From: Yuukianura sp. NJ FZ-2021
Lineage: Eukaryota
Direction: 5' to 3'
DNA: 64,000 nucleotides
NCBI GenBank assembly: GCA_046563655.1
Contig: CM102289.1
Coordinates: 1,550,001 to 1,614,000, forward strand
In this document: in pieces, positions 12,397-25,443 of the stretch
How the letters are laid out: every line of letters starts with the position of its first letter
Position numbering within the stretch: the stretch's first letter is position 1
Notes under the pieces: generated by a model
The model's input: only the letters and a program-made list of their open reading frames with translations
What the model was told of the DNA's origin: nothing
Databases searched by the model: none
Program-made: the position numbers and the translations under genes

Positions 12397-15300
12397 TCAG
12401 TAGTCGCAGTACCTTACGGGCTTACGAACAGTGCGTCCACTTCGAGTAGTCGTTATCACTGGTTGCTCCGGATCTTCTGTTTCGACGTCTTCCTCTTCAT
12501 CCGAGTCTTGAGCAGCCATTTCCAGTTCCAAGTCAAGGGAAAGTTCACCAGTCGGGTAGTCTCGGTCAAATTCCAACGGAAAAAGTCTCTGTAGTGGGCG
12601 AACCAAAATCCCATTCTTCGTCCGCAATTTGGCCACCCGATGAACCCCATCTTTTCCACTGATCAATTCTTCAATTATCCCCATTGGCCAAAGGATCCGC
12701 TTAACGTCCTCTCTGCCAATCAGGACGCAGTCACCAACGACAAATTCTCTGGTTTTCTGTTTTCCTCGTTGCACAAGAAGTCCCAAGTACTCCTTACGAA
12801 AACGTTGTCGTAACTCCTCCAACATTTTGTCCAGCCTCTTGCTCTTCCTGTTGAAATCAGAACCGGTTACAATTTGAGATTCTGGAACCTCACTTACCGG
12901 AAGATTGTGAATAAACATGGCTGGTGTTAGGGGATCAAATCTTGTACATCTTCCGTTACGAAAGTCAGCGGCCTGTGGTTGATGGTGTCCTCTACTTCAC
13001 ACAAGCAGGTCTCGAGCTCAACTTTGTTCAACTTCCGGAACCCGAGCATCCTCTTGAGTAGGTCCTTGAGCGACCGAATAAGTCGCTCCCACCATCCACC
13101 CCACCAAGGTGCTGCCGGTGGATTGAAGATCCACTGAATTTGCTGTTCCTTTGTCCTTTGCTCCACCTCCGCCCAGTCAATTTGCTTGAAGAGATTAACG
13201 GCACCATGAAAATTAGTACCGTTGTCACTGTAGACTGTACTAGGCCGGGTCTTCCTTTTGCAAAAACGGATGAAGGCAAGAACAAAATCATTTGTCGACA
13301 AACTGTCCACCAGTTCCAAGTGAACTGCACGATACACAGCGCATGTGAAGATGACGATCCAGACCTTACTCTTGGCCTTCAGAAGTAACGGACCGGCCAA
13401 ATCCACTCCTGTAACACTAAATGCGCATGTGTCCTTGACTCGATTTTCTGGTAGAGGTGCAGACGGTACATCAAAGTTCTTGGAAGTGAAACGTTGACAC
13501 TTAACACACTTCTTTAGCACTTTCTTCACAGTTTGTCGCCCTTTCAAAATCCAGAATTTTTCGCGAAGAGAACACAAAACGAACTGCACTCCAGCATGAC
13601 AGTTGATCTTGTGCCAGCCCATAATCAATTGTTCTGTGAGTGGATGAGAGCTCGGCACGAGGATCGGGCAACGAAAATCTTCTGTGTCTTGTCGACTTAA
13701 AATCTTCGTCCGTACTCGTACTAACCCCAGTTCATCCCGCTCAACTTTGATTCCGTCAATCAGTCTGACATCACTTGAGAACGATTCTGATTGAACAAGT
13801 TTCCATATTTCTTGCTCGGACCTCTGAGTCTCCCAGGCTGACGGTACTCGACTATTTTCAGAACTTCTTTTCCACAACTTGTCGACGAACCTGAGAGCAT
13901 AGGCGAAAACACGTAAATTTCCGAAATAGGAATTTTTAGGAGTATACCACACTGGTACTGAAGAGTTGACTGCCAGTGTAACGGTCGATCTTCTCTTCTC
14001 CCGTCCAACTTCATCTTCATCAGCATGTGGTTCTGCACTTGGCCATTCACTTTCTTTCAATTTCAGCCACGACGGCCCTTCCCACCAGAATTTCATCTCC
14101 TTGAACTTCTTCGGAGTGACTCCTCTGGATGGTAGATCTGCCGGGTTCAGTAGGCCTGGAACGTGATGCCAAGTCGAAACTTCAGTTAGGCTTACAATTT
14201 CTCTTACGCGATTTCCCACAAATGTCCCCCACTCGTCACTACGCCTAATCCATTGTAGCGCTGTAGTCGAGTCTGTCCAGTAGCGGATGGGAATCTTCTC
14301 CATGTCCAACGCCCCCTTCACAGAATTGGCAAGACGAGCAGCAATGGCGCATGAGAGTAGTTCCAAACGAGGAATAGTCGTCTTCTTCAATGGAGCAACT
14401 CGCGACTTCGCTTGAATTAGACGAACTTCCACCCCGTTGGTCGTTTCCACCCGAAGATACACGACAGCCGCGTAAGCGTGTTGACTTGCGTCAGAAAAGA
14501 CATGGAGTTGAAATTCTCCTTCGTCGTCGGCTGATCCAGTGCACTTCCTCGGGAGTCTGAATGTTTCGAGAACTGGCAACAATTCTTCCCACCATGCGCA
14601 AAATTCTGTTTTTGCCTCTTCATTCACCTCGTCCTCCCACTTTCGATTTTCAATCCATGACCTTTGTAGTAGGAGCTTCGGCAAAATCATGACAGGTGCC
14701 AAGAATCCCAGTGGATCAAAGACCTGTTGAATTCTAGAAAGAACAATTCTTTTAGTAACTTGCAATAAACATTCGTCTTTCAACGGAGCACAAAACAAAG
14801 TGTCTGCTCTCTTGTCCCACTTTAGGCCAAGAACACTTGTCACTCCACTGTCACCCGTAGATTCCCACTGGGTTAAATCCATCTTTGCTGTTGCCAAAAG
14901 CTTTGTGGCTTCTGCTTTGAACTTTTTGTAACATTCCACTGAGTCCAAAGACACAACACAATTGTCGACATAGAGTGACTTCTGTAATTCTCTCACAATG
15001 TCCAAATGCTGTGACTCCTGTTGAGACAAATGAAAATTAATCACTGCACTTAACAAAAATGGAGAACTGTTCACTCCAAATACGACACGATTGTGACGAA
15101 AAACAGTCAATTTCTCCTGTCCTGGATCTTCCCACCATAGGAAACGAAGAGAATCTCGATCTTGCTCCTGAACTTGAATTTGAAGGAAGGCCTTACGGAT
15201 GTCGGAGATAACACCAACTTTCTTCATCCGGAATCGCAGAAGGATCGCCGGAATGACTTCTAACAAGTTGGGCCCTTTTTCCAAACACTCGTTCAGTGAC

Positions 15301-17639
15301 GGGGCCCTTCCAACCTTACAGGAAGCATCGAAGACGGGTCGTATGGGTGTGGTGCTACTTTCCAATTTTAACACCGCACGATGAGGCAAGTAATGAATCT
15401 TCCCCTTCCCCCCGTCTTCAACATCACGAATTTGAGAGATGATTCCGTCTTTCTCCCACATTTTGAAGATCGCACCATAATCGTCCAGCTTCCCAAGCGA
15501 CTTCAATTTCCTGGTGGTAGTCTCTAGTCTCTTCTCTGCCACCAGCCTGTTTGTCGGAATCTTCAGTTCCCTGTCAATCCACGGGAGACAAATTGAGTAA
15601 CGGCCGCTGTCATCACGTTGTACAGTTTCTATGAAGTGGTCGTATGTCAACTTATCACGTTCTTCTTTCGTCTGAATTTCAATTGGATCACGAATTCCCA
15701 ATGTATCCAAGTTCCAAAGTTCAGTCACTGATGCACTGGAAACTCCCATTGACAAAACAGTCATCACAGTCGCCTGATTACAAAAAGAAAAATCATTATG
15801 AGATTGCCCCATTAAACACCAACCAAACTGAGTCTCAATTGCGGTAAGTCCACTCTTCACGTTCACTATGTTCCCAGTAAGTAGACTTCCCACCACATCC
15901 GCTCCGAGGAGCACTTCAACTTTGGCCGGGTGTGACGAATCCACATCATTGACAGAAATTCCTCTCTTCTTCAACTCCGCCTTCCAAGACCCCTGTGTTG
16001 CTCTAGGCAAAATTCCGCAAATTTGATCTTGGTCGATGACGTTGAACTGAGTAGAGAATGAACCGTCCATGTTCTTGAGTGTTACGGTAAACGTATCGTG
16101 TTTCACATCACGAATAGTTCCACCTCCGAATACTTGATGGTTCATGGTGAGAGACGAGACTGGTTCAAACTCCAACTCCTTTGCAGTACCTGACAGGATA
16201 TAGGAACGTTGGGAACCATCATCAATAAATACTCTCACCTTCTTCGTTTTCTGATTTACTGGATTCACCAGTTTCACCATCAAAGTCTTAAGTAGAACTT
16301 CGTTCGTGCAGTTCAGATTGGTTTGTGTAGTGGAGGTCGACTCAGTCTTTGGTACTGGCTTCTTCTTCTCGTCTCCATTACACATCAGTTTGTAGTGACG
16401 TTTCCCACATTTAGAGCATCTGACGCTGATCGTACACTTTGCCCGCAAGTGACCGGTACGAAGACAGGCCCAACACGCTCCCTTTTCTTTCAACTTGTCC
16501 TTCCGTTCCACGTCAGTCATCTTCTGTGCCTTGAAACAGTCTTGACTGGCGTGACCTTTATCACAAAAGACACAAGAATTAGAACCACTAAAAAGACCGG
16601 CTGCTGTAGGGATGTCATCTTCTTGACTCTGCTCCCTTCCCCGGGTCTGTCGTCTTCCAGTGTCTGTTTTCTTGGTACAAAGTACCACCCGACTTTCAGC
16701 ATGTTCCACTTCCTCTTGTAGAAACATCCGCAAAAAGTCGAGCCTTGTCTGTGGTGGGTATTCTTCACTACAATCTTTTCCATAGTTGGTACTACGTTGC
16801 CAGGCGATCACTGTTTCTTCTGGGAGACTGGCTACTACCATGGGGTAAAGAAACACAGTCATCTCCCGTACCGTAAGTCCCAGTGATTCCAGATGTTGAA
16901 TTTTTGTCTCCACCGTATCAAAGTGAGAAGCAAGATCAAATCTGTCCTTATTCTTGTTAGTCACCATGGAGATCAAGTCCTGCACATACATCAGCGACAG
17001 TAGATCAGGATCACCAAACCGTTTCTTCAGTGCATCCACCGCCTTCTTGTAATTTTCTGCCGTGTGTGGATACCGCAAAATCAGTTTAGCCGCTTTCGAT
17101 CCTTTCGTCATACACTGGTCAAGGTAGTGGAACTTGTCTGCATCGTTGAGCCTTGTGTCACGGTCAATTTTCTCAAACGATGACCACCAGTCAAGCCACT
17201 CTGAAAGTTCGCCTGAATACTTCTTTAATTCAGCCTTCGGTAACTTCACATTGTTCATTTCACCCAAACTGCCACTGCTTCCACTTCGGCTCGAACCTTG
17301 GGTAACGCCAGGAGCAACGGGCACAGTTGGTACCTCCAGTACTGCTTCAACCTGCACTCTGATCATCGCTACCTTCGTAGTGTACTCCAGGATTGATTCT
17401 GTTTCAGTTTCAAAAACCTCATCTGTAGTTGAATCCAAATCCAGGAGTGCTGACTTGTACGATTCGTCCAGTTCTTCCAGTTTTTCAACGTGAACGTTCA
17501 AAACACGGAGGTTTGATTCGATTTTCAGTTTTGGAAGTGGGTTAACCTTCAAGTCATTCTCCAAAGTCCCGATCATCCTCGTCACAATACCCCGTTCGGC
17601 CCCTCTGAGTTTCTTCAGTTTGTCCATTTCCTTGGTCAT
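12397..17639 (-). CDS. BEL/Pao gag-pol polyprotein (gag, 3 Cys-His knuckles, protease, RT, RNase H, integrase) with a 1-bp frameshift at ~12930
   Basis: CVFC..GH...DC, CWAC...GH...KC, CSKC...H...MC; IDDGSQRSYI; YLPHRAV, YVDN; FSDASQHAYAA; NPADLPSRG; GVDLAGP, SDNGTNF, PWWGGWWERLI; adding one C restores DLIPLTPAMF. Confidence 0.95.
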
Positions 17640-20356
17640 CCTTAAGGTAAATAAATACCACCTGTTACTAATCAGTCAGCAATCGACAAATGGAACGATT
17701 CTCACCGATTTCAGTCCTCGTCCGGTGAGGACAGACCTCGACGTAAACAGTTGGTCGAGTCTTCAATGTAATCGATGAGCCTGTGATTTCCAAGTGTCCG
17801 TCAGTTTCGATCGATTCCGTGAATACCCGCCTCTGGTCCGGCCAGGGTCACCAATTTGTTAAATCCTTAATCTCTCCCCGAGAAGAAGTGATTTTCGTTC
17901 GTTGGACCGAAGCAGTCACGAGAATTGATTTTGAAACATTTATTTTACTTATTCTGAAAATTTAACCAATTGACCAAATTCCTTTTTCTTTTCTTAATAT
18001 CCACAATCCTACTAAAAATCTTAACACACAAAATTCCAATTCAAAGACACGCCAGGAAAAAACGCCATTTCAAATCGAGCGCCTCTTTCTCAAAAATAAC
18101 AAAACAAATCTGGCGCTGGTTTTTAACTTAAAATCAATAATTAAAATTAACCTTAATTTCTAACAAATGGCGAGGAGCCACAGGGTTTTTGGCGGGAATG
18201 GTAGAATTCTACTGGATTGTAGAAAATGAACATGGACTGCCGTCTGAAGTTCTGGAATCACCCGTACTCCATTCCATTTGGTCTGTTATTGACTCTATGG
18301 CGGCATCTACAAATGATTTGCTGGGTATCCTCATCGACGTCCTCCATGGCAACAAACAACCTGCGCAATATGAAGTTGACAGTTTAGTTGTTTTCAAACA
18401 TGTCCAAAAAGGAATTCGATTGTGTGATGCCGTTGACCAAGTTTGTGAAGTAGTTAAGAACGATGTGGTTGAATATTTGAAGTTGCGGGAGAACTTTGTG
18501 CAAAATTTTTCAAAATGTTCTGAGGTCATGAAATACATTGACGTGATTGAAGCAGCGTTGTATGGGCACTGTCGATCATACCTGTACATGCCGCGATATC
18601 GGGCTGTTGGATGTGTAAAACTTACAGACTAATTTAAAATTTGCCAAATTTCAAACTAAACTATATCCGTAGTCAGCAATTGAATAAAATCAATCAATTT
18701 GTTTGATTTCTTAGAGAATACCTTTGCTGGAAAGTTCGATACTTTCTCTCAAAACCAGTGTTTCGTAAAATGCGCCTTTTTAAAGTCGATGCTTTGCTTT
18801 TTGCTGTAAATAGCTTTTTTTTGCTGTTTTTGCTTTTTATGCTTTAAAAGGAAAAAGTTGCTTTAAATGCTGCTGGAAGGAATGTGGCCGAAATCGACTA
18901 ACTCGTAATTAACGTATTATACGTCAAAATAACCTTATACTTGTTAAATAATGTAACTAAAGTTGGTTTATGGCGGTTTTACCTTAGAAAACAATAAATT
19001 TGTCTTAAAAATGTCAATTAATTGATCTTCCAAAAACAGAAAAATTATAAAAATAACAAGCGTGAAAATCGCTTCTTGCTTCTTAACAAATTCAGGTCTA
19101 ATTCGATTGGGTTAAGGCAACGCAGTTAAGGCTACGTAGGCACATGTTGCAAATTAAACACAAAATATGTATATACCATGAATTCATATCTTTGCTAAGA
19201 TTTCTTTTATTTGTTACTCAAATTTCTGAAATTTTGAAACATTTAAGCAAATTTTTCAAGCGGCAACTCGGCAACATCATGACTCTGATAGTCTTCCATC
19301 CGGGCAGCGTTCCATTGATAAGCAGAATTCCCCGGACATGTCATAGCCTGGCGATTTGCGTCTGCGCAGGTCGTGGACCGGCACTGCTCAACTGTCTTTG
19401 CCATGTTACTAGAATGTACACAGATACTACTCATCCGTCTCCCAAGGTGCTGCTCAAGATGTCAAAAATGCTTTCAACCTTATCAGAGAAGACCAAATGC
19501 AACCATCTTTGAAGGTAACAATCTGAGTGATTAAGGTTTGAAAAACGGCACTCTTAAAAGAAGATGTTATTTCAAAAATCCCATTTTTTAGAAAACAAAA
19601 TATGTTGTGTTTAATAAATTTCTTCATCTAACGCTTTACATTAGCATTATTCGCAAGAAAGCCGATTTCTGAAGAACAACGTTGTTGATTTTTAACATTT
19701 CCACATTCAATTATGAGGTTGGTTACGTAGAAAAAATGGCGAAATCGCTTCTTTCCTGCATGGTTGTCATTTGTTTTTTGATAGAGCTACATGAGGCTTC
19801 GAAAATTGGAAAGTTATACAATTTTAAGGATTAGAAGTTAGGTTAAGTGTTTACCTTTTAAGTTTTATCAGATGTAAATGTGGGTTATAACTCAATTACT
19901 TAGCAATCGTAATGCAGTCATGAGACGTAGCAGCGACGATACTAAGGGCTTTTAACGTTGTTTTTGATTTCAGAATAGCCTAATTGCCAACACAAAATTT
20001 AATTTGGCAATAATAACTTGACTCATTTTCAATTCTAGTGCCCTAAAACTGAACAACAATTGGCGTGCTTGACTTTTAAATTAAAACAAAGGTGAATGAG
20101 GACATTTCCGAAGAAGAAAACACTTCATCCAACTTGTATTGAAGTCCATTTCGGATACAGCGGTTAAACAGTTCAAATGTTGGTACATTTTGGGTTTCTG
20201 AAATAGCAAGTTTTTCAAAGCTTTACTTGGTTGTACTACTCATTTGCAGATTTTGTGGTTTGTGTTGGTAGTATTAGTAGCTATAACTTTTGCTAGGTTA
20301 ATAGCCCAATAGTAATAACCGAAAACTTGGTTTACTGAATTGTGTTAAATTTCGAA

Positions 20357-21630
20357 ATGGAGAAAAGGCTTAACTTATGTGTGAAGTTAATGGAGAAAAG
20401 GCTTAACTTATGTGTGAAGTTATTGTACATGTGGGCAGGAGCTCTGCTGGTCCCTGTTAAGTACAACTTTGGACTTAACAAACCCGATACTTTAGTTCAC
20501 TCCGTCCAAAAATTTCCATTAGTATGCAAAATCTTCGGAATATTTGCAACACTTGTTGCAGGTTCGTTTATTTCTTACTTGTACTACGAAGTAGTATTTG
20601 GAGTTACAACAGAAATGGAAAGAATATTTGCCATTGGGTTGAACTGCGTCTTTAACATAATGCACATAACACAATATGTTATACTCATCCCAACTTCTAG
20701 AAACCGATGTATTAACGTTGTCAACGTTGCTCTGGATACCATGTTCCACTTGTCAAAAAAATTGCCGCTCTTTTATGAAATCATCTGCTACATAGAATTG
20801 TATGCTTCGGTCATGTATCCACTGTTGTTTGGTCCAATGTTATATGCAATGTCATGGAAATTTCCTGGGCTTTTCGCTTCATTTCACAACGGAATGTCGG
20901 CCATTGCTTCACAACTTAGCACTCCAGAATCTGTTGCCTTTCCCTGGATTTTCAGCTCATGTAAATTTAGTCTTATATTCATTGTTACGATCGGATTGGG
21001 GCATTCAGCCATCAGTTGTATGATTTTCGGTCACTGGATGTTTACATATTTATTTACAACTATTCAAAACTTAAAGGATCTCAGTTGGTAAGAAAGTTTC
21101 TTTTCAAGAGTTGTTACTGAAAGTACAAACTATTTTTACTTGACAGTGAAGCGGGCTTAGAGACGGACGCAAATCGCTTCTGTGAGCACATTAGGGAGGT
21201 GCGTATGGCGTATTTGAAGCTAAAGGTGGCTGCTGAAGCATTTCGAGTAGCATTTGAAGATGCAATTTCGTTAGTCACACTGAACCTTCTCATGATCGTT
21301 ATCATTACAACTTTTTTCACAATCAGGAGTTCTGGGTATCCTTTTGTGATCGTATTCACTATGGCGTGTACTGGTTTTACTAGTGGAGTGGCAACAAATT
21401 TTATTATCAGTCTTTCAACAAACCAGCACATTCTGTCTAACGATTTCATTCAAACTGCTCGTCGTCATGCCCGAGAACACTCAAAATCCAATTCAAATTT
21501 TTGGAAAGGAATGACTCCTCTGCGAATCCATGTTGGAACTGCGGCAACTTTTGAAACTAGGGAATTCATTTTGTTCATTTGGGCTCAAGTGGTTGTGGGC
21601 TCCATTATAAACCTTCTCCTTGCATTTTGA
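20357..21630 (+). CDS. Gustatory/odorant-receptor-like 7TM protein copy 2; exons 20357-21087, 21147-21630
   Basis: About 400 aa with multiple hydrophobic helices; C-terminal FWKGMTPLRIHVG...ILFIW..VV...IINLLL resembles the TM7 region of the insect GR/OR superfamily; intact spliced frame. Confidence 0.75.
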
Positions 21631-22510
21631 ATAGAATGAGAGAATCTTCTTTCTCTAAATAAAAGTAGTGGTATGCATGCAAATATTTATGTCTATTAGT
21701 AAGCTACATGTTTGAAATTGAAAGTAATAAATGACTATCTGCAAAATGAGAGTATGAAAACTACCAGTTTTACACTTTATTCTTAAGATGGAAATTATTG
21801 TCGTGTTTCAACTACTTGCCTTAAGGTTTTCTATAACATTATTAAAAAAGCTATCTATAAAAACGTGTTCTAAAACTCCACATCCATGGGCTACTTATTC
21901 TCACTGTTGCTTGACATCAATTGACCTCTAAAAATGGCAGAGGTCAAAGTCCAGAATATTCTCACCACAATTCTTTACGGAGAGAATTATATATTATTCA
22001 GTATTACAGTATTCGAATTTTTGATATCAGCTCATCTGTTTTCACCTTAATGAGTTGTTGGACAGTATCGTTATAGTATCACCTAGTTTTTCACTACCAA
22101 CAAAAAGTAGAAATTAAAATGAAAAACTTGAACGTTTTTAATTTGAATTGCGTCCTTGTCGGAAATGAGCTTTTAGAAGTTTAAACTGTCTTTTTTTTAC
22201 TTCATGACGTTTTTAGTTTATTGTTTATTGTGTATTGTTTATTAGGAAGGTGAAAATTTCTCAAATACAATCGGAATGACGCAGATGAAATAGTTCGACT
22301 AATCGAATAAAGTCCGATTTGTTCGCATAAGAATCACCGTCACTTAATCTAATTAGACTTACAGTTGCATATAAAAGGAAGTCAAAACATACAGGGAGAT
22401 CAATTGTAGTTCAACTGGCAGTATTGTAAGCTACAAACTAACTTATTTGGAAAAAAATCTAACACATTGAAGGCTTCTTTGGAACCCAAAATTTTAAAGA
22501 ATTTCTCAAA

Positions 22511-23792
22511 ATGTTGGCCGACGTAGCACTTACATCCCACTCCTTAGATGAGAAAGGTAAATACATTTACATAATTAGAAAAATCACAGAAATTCCACAA
22601 GTGTAACAACTCTTTTTTTTCTCGGTTTTTAAAAAATTTGGAAATTTTTTAGTAGTAACCTGGTTTTGCTCTCCGCTGAAATCTGAACTTTTTGTTTACG
22701 TTAGCAGAGCCACTTTCCGAGGAGTCAGTTGCTCCCCCAAAAGTTGTTTATGATTTTGGTGAATTGGTGGATCCAAACTATGGGCCACGGCATGTCAAGG
22801 GCGAGTACTTCCCGATTAATCCAAAATACAAACGCCCAACTCTGACTCCGGAAGAACTGGACTCGATGAAAGCCGACGTGCACAACTGGTTCAGCACTTT
22901 TTTTGATTCAACTGGCAAATCAACATATTTCGACAACTTGGTTGAAGCAAGTTCACTTGTGTCTGCGTACGCCAACCCATTTGTACCCCTCGACAGTCCA
23001 CAAATGAAACTGCTCAACTACTGGTACTTTTGGATGTGGATTATGGACGAAAAGTTGGAATCAGCCGTACCAAACAGAGTTCCTGTGAAAACTCTCTGCG
23101 CAGGAATGATGCAGTTGATGGACGTTTTAGAAAATGATGCAACAGTTTATACTGAAGTTGAAAACTTTTCAGATTTTCGGCGTATATTTCACGCCTTGGT
23201 GGATCTGAACCGACGCTGCAAAGAACTGATTCCCGACTGGGAGAAATCCCGAAAACCAATTTGCAAATACTTGCGCAAAATACTGGAAACCACACGATGG
23301 GCAGTAGTTAGACCAATTGACCATCAATATTCTGAAGAAATGTTCCAGTATTACAGAAAACTCATGTCATTTGCCGATCTAGCTATAGGAACTGTTTGGA
23401 TATTCGTTGGAAACTTACTTCCGGCTGAAATATTGCGAGCGCCTTCGTTGAACCGACTGTTGAACATTTCGAACTCCGTAGCTGGAAGTATCAATGACTT
23501 GTTGGGATTGAAAAAGGAATTTGAAAGTGGATGGTTTGACAATTTCATTACCTTCAAAGTTTTTCAGAAAGGAATTCCAGTGGACGTGGCTGCCCAAAGC
23601 GTGCTGTCTACAATTCAAAATGACCAAGCAGACTACTTGCTTCTGCGTCAAAGTATTTTGGATGAATTTGATCATAATTCAGATTTAGTCAACTATTTGG
23701 ATGTCGCAGATTCATTTTTATTTGGACTTAATCAGCTGTATGCACAGTCACCGCGACACCTTGGCTGGAAATGCATTAAATTAATTCAGTAG
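22511..23792 (+). CDS. Microbial-type class I terpene synthase, subfamily B copy 1; exons 22511-22556, 22705(or 22708)-23792
   Basis: MWIMDEKLE, F.YYR...S, NDLLGLKKE, C-terminal SPRH; short exon 1 MLADVALTSHSLDEK with a phase-1 donor matching the acceptor phase. Confidence 0.85.
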
Positions 23793-24213
23793 ATGAGTAC
23801 CGTCATGAAACCAATGCTGGCTATGTTACATATACTGTTAGAATACTTTAGCGGTTTCTGTCATGGGATTTGTTAATTCATGATATGTTTCATCTATTTC
23901 GTTAACAATTATTATTCAAAAACTAATTCAGTCCAAATAATTAAATTTAAAAATGTAACATTTTGGATGCCGACACTTTTGTTTCACTTCTTTGAGAATT
24001 TTTTCACTGCCGATCCAATTCGTTGAAACCAATCTTCATGATTTGGTTCAAGTAAATATACTATTTATACAATGATACCCGACCAAAATCAGCCGCAAGG
24101 TTCCTGTAACAGCGAAATAGTTTTTTCTTTTTTCTTCTTTAGTTGTCTCTTCTCACCCAATATTGAAAATTTTCAATTTTTATTTGTGAACCTAACCTGA
24201 ACAAAATTTGTAT

Positions 24214-24309
24214 GGAACTGCGGCAACTTTTGAAACTAGGGAATTCATTTTGTTCATTTGGGCTCAAGTGGTCGTGGGCTCTATTATAAACCTTCTCCTT
24301 GCGTTTTGA
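24214..24309 (+). pseudogene. 3'-terminal fragment of the receptor gene (plus 3' UTR to ~24620)
   Basis: GTAATFETREFILFIWAQVVVGSIINLLLAF* with no upstream coding sequence. Confidence 0.85.
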
Positions 24310-24642
24310 ACAGAATGACAATCTTCTTTGTTTAGATAAAAGTAGTGGCACACATGCAAATATTTCTGTCTCTTAGTCAGCTTCATGTTTGAAATTTAAA
24401 GTAATTAATGACAACCTGCAAAATTAGATTATCGAAACTACCAATTTTATATTTTATTCGTAACATGAAAATTATTGTCTTGTTTTAACTACTTAATTTA
24501 CGATGCTCATTTTTGACATTGGAGTATAAATTTTTTTTTTTCGAATAGCTCCATAGGCCACTTAATGCAAATTGTGCTGGAAGCTGGACATACAGCACAG
24601 ATTGGTTTCTAAATTTAAAAAAGTGGGAGTTTCACTTCTTTC

Positions 24643-24887
24643 TTTTATTAAGTAGCGAAGCTACTTATTGGTTTGACCTTGTCTGTCTGTCTGTCTGTCT
24701 GGCCGGCCGTCAGCGGCAATTATCTCGGGAACCGCTCAACATATCCGGGATCTGTTTTCACCGGTGGACACCTAGTGACCCGGTGATGTTCACTATTGAA
24801 TATCATCCCGGTGGGTCAACTCCTTCCGGGTCAAAGGTCAAGTGCTTCGCTACTTTCGTATACTTCGGGTTACGACCGGATTTTTTT
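24643..24887 (+). mobile_element. DINE-1/HINE-like non-autonomous Helentron element
   Basis: Subterminal inverted repeat AAGTAGCGAAGC (24650-24661) / GCTTCGCTACTT (24844-24855), (TCTG)n microsatellite, 3' short hairpin, T-run flanks. Confidence 0.7.
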
Positions 24888-25443
24888 CACACTTTTTTGA
24901 GTCTGTTAAATCATGAGAAATGACATAAATTGCGGAATGAATGCTGTGTTCAAAGGTTAACTGGTACTCAAGTCGTTTAATAAGCATAAAAGTGGATTGT
25001 CACAATAAAATCTAAAAGGCGCCTGAATGATGATAAACTTGACCTCCATTGGAGAATGAACCAAAGTAGTCAAGGTCACTTGAGTCCAGAACTTATAGTC
25101 CTTTCGTATAGTATAAAATAATAAAATATCATTTATGTAATGACGTCATTTGAAGGTGTGAAAGTTCACAGTAGATGGCGGAGAAAGATATAAAGTGGTC
25201 AATTGTCTGAGTCTGTTGTGGTTGTATTGACGTCGGAAGTCTTTTTCAAGTGGATTTGGATTCCCATTGCTTCAGGGGAAATTGTAGCCTACTTTCTCAA
25301 ACACTCCAAGAGTCACAATTTCAAATTTTCAGTGAGCAGATCACTTGCCAACAACAACTGCATCTTTGCACTTCCTCAAAAAAGTGAAATCTTGTTTTTT
25401 AAAACCATTTTTGCCTTTTTTCATACTTTTGTGAAGCGTCGAA

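Larger units (their letters stand above)
11859..18165 (-). mobile_element. Full-length BEL/Pao LTR retrotransposon
   Basis: LTRs 11859-12166 and 17857-18165 (TGTT...AACA, ~308 bp); 5-bp TSD AATGG; PBS-like TGGTGACCC and polypurine tract AGAAGGTGGGAATG on the minus strand. Confidence 0.97.
11809..18632 (+). pseudogene. Terpene synthase A copy 2: 5' half deleted and split by an LTR retrotransposon (pieces 11809-11858 and 18166-18632)
   Basis: Both pieces match TPS-A1 4311-4822 contiguously; upstream sequence jumps from the homolog of ~2790 to about codon 199. Confidence 0.9.

Noticed and set aside
12918..12935. Programmed ribosomal frameshift in the polyprotein
   Set aside because: Falls inside the conserved integrase PLTP motif in a homopolymer; BEL/Pao elements usually have a single ORF
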